DNA from: Alphaproteobacteria bacterium
GTDB lineage: Bacteria; Pseudomonadota; Alphaproteobacteria; JAJFFI01
Direction of reading: 5' to 3'
NCBI GenBank assembly: GCA_030066595.1
Contig: JASJBI010000026.1
Location: 30,693 to 62,692, forward strand
Length of the DNA stretch: 32,000 bases
A model generated the notes under the pieces. It was not told the origin of the DNA. It made no database searches and saw only the letters and a list, made by a program, of their open reading frames with translations. How positions within the stretch are numbered: the first letter of the stretch is position 1; the number at the start of each line of letters is the position of its first letter. Of this stretch, positions 31,131 to 32,000 are shown piece by piece. Position numbers and translations under genes: made by a program.

Positions 31131-32000
31131 TCAGTGCAGCTTCTGCGCCTCGGCCAATAGCGATTCTCCGATACCGCCTGCCCGCCGGACATACCAGTCG
31201 TAGACCGGCTTGGATGCTTCGCGCCAAGCGGCGCGCTGCTCGGCATTCAGTTCGTGAACCTTCATGGATGTGTTGGCGGAGATCCACTCGAGCGTCCGCT
31301 GATGGGTTCGGCGATAGGACTGGCGAAGATCCTTTTCGACCCGGACTGCCGCCTCGGAGAGGATGGCACGGTCGGTGCGCGGCAGGCTGCGCCACAGCGC
31401 ATCGTTGATCACGACGACGAATTCGGCCGCCGTATGCTTGGTGTTGACGAGATAGCCCATGACCTCGTGAAGCTTTCGGCTCTCAACCGACGTCACGCCG
31501 GTCATGCCGAAATCGACCGCGCCCTCTTTGTAGGCGTCACGCTGCTGAGACCCCGACAGCGGAACGGGTTCGCCGCCCATGGCGTTCACGAACGCGCCCA
31601 TCGTTTCGCCGAAGACCCGAACCTTCCTGCCTTGCAAGTCGGCCGGACGCAGCGGCGCTTTGGTCCTGCCGAGCATGACGGTCAGGCCGAATGGCTGCCA
31701 CCACAGCGGCCGTACGCCGATGCTTCGGAGCTCCCGATCCAGCCCATCGCGAATGGGATGGCCCGGCGACGTGGCCTGGGCGACGTCCTCGTAGGTCCGG
31801 AACAGGAACGGCAAGCCGAACAGGTTGGCGGCCGGTATCGGGCTCGCAAAGCGCGTGACGGAAGCAACGCCCATCTCGATGGCGCCGGAAGCGACCGCCT
31901 CAGGCACCTCATTGTCCTTGTAGAGCTTGGCCGAGGGGTAGAGCTCGATCTTGATGCCGCCGCCGCTCTCGCGCTCGACGATCTCCTTGAACGCCGAGAC
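31131..32000 (-). CDS. TRAP-transporter substrate-binding protein (DctP family). The 5' end lies beyond the window end.
   Basis: The frame stays open from 31907 to 32000. My translation there is VSAFKEIVERESGGGIKIELYPSAKLYKDNEVPEAVASGAIEMGVASVTRF. Further on come LFGLPFLFRTYEDV and GLTVMLGRTKAPLRPADLQGRKVRVFGE, which are typical DctP sequence. Confidence 0.8.
   Translation of the reverse strand, partial: VSAFKEIVERESGGGIKIELYPSAKLYKDNEVPEAVASGAIEMGVASVTRFASPIPAANLFGLPFLFRTYEDVAQATSPGHPIRDGLDRELRSIGVRPLWWQPFGLTVMLGRTKAPLRPADLQGRKVRVFGETMGAFVNAMGGEPVPLSGSQQRDAYKEGAVDFGMTGVTSVESRKLHEVMGYLVNTKHTAAEFVVVINDALWRSLPRTDRAILSEAAVRVEKDLRQSYRRTHQRTLEWISANTSMKVHELNAEQRAAWREASKPVYDWYVRRAGGIGESLLAEAQKLH

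Noticed and set aside
1-32000. Search for CRISPR arrays, rRNA genes, transposases, integrases, prophage genes and toxin-antitoxin pairs.
   Set aside because: I saw no regularly spaced direct repeats. No ORF carries DDE, tyrosine-recombinase or serine-recombinase motifs, and there are no phage structural genes. The only RNA gene I can support is tRNA-Leu(CAA).

Overview
This is a high-GC bacterial chromosomal window. Spot counts on single 60-nt lines give about 70% GC in the flanks. Gene content looks proteobacterial, probably alphaproteobacterial, but I cannot assign a species. I support about 35 protein genes and one tRNA-Leu(CAA).

Most of the window is ordinary metabolism and housekeeping:
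- A MarR-controlled aryl-CoA ligase plus bifunctional aryl-CoA monooxygenase/reductase operon.
- Two tandem paralogous cytoplasmic histidine kinases.
- LysE, and an FAD monooxygenase + DUF2783 + LuxR group.
- YqaA-DsbB-Coq7, a PatB/MalY C-S lyase, AraC, and an HNH protein.
- A carboxylesterase, an AlkA-like glycosylase, GluQRS, and SugE.
- An ECF41-type sigma factor with its CMD partner, and a TRAP substrate-binding protein.

The standout is a lower-GC insert at about 6.7-14.3 kb, where spot counts give 53-62% GC. It has no integrase or transposase and carries four genes:
- A roughly 758-aa protein combining an RyR domain, a DUF4071/MAP3K-TRAF-binding-like TPR region, a Rossmann/SLOG-like module and a class III nucleotidyl cyclase domain with intact catalytic motifs.
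- A divergently transcribed 97-aa stand-alone RyR-domain protein. It is about 57% identical to the RyR domain of the large protein.
- A DUF4062 (TIR-like) + NB-ARC STAND NTPase that stops right after its MHD-like motif.
- A 639-aa all-helical TPR protein starting 17 nt downstream, which looks like the detached sensor arm of that NTPase.

I read this as a candidate uncharacterised NLR-plus-cyclase conflict (anti-phage) module. That is an inference from domain architecture and composition, not a demonstrated function. All domain calls come from motif recognition by eye. No database search was run.
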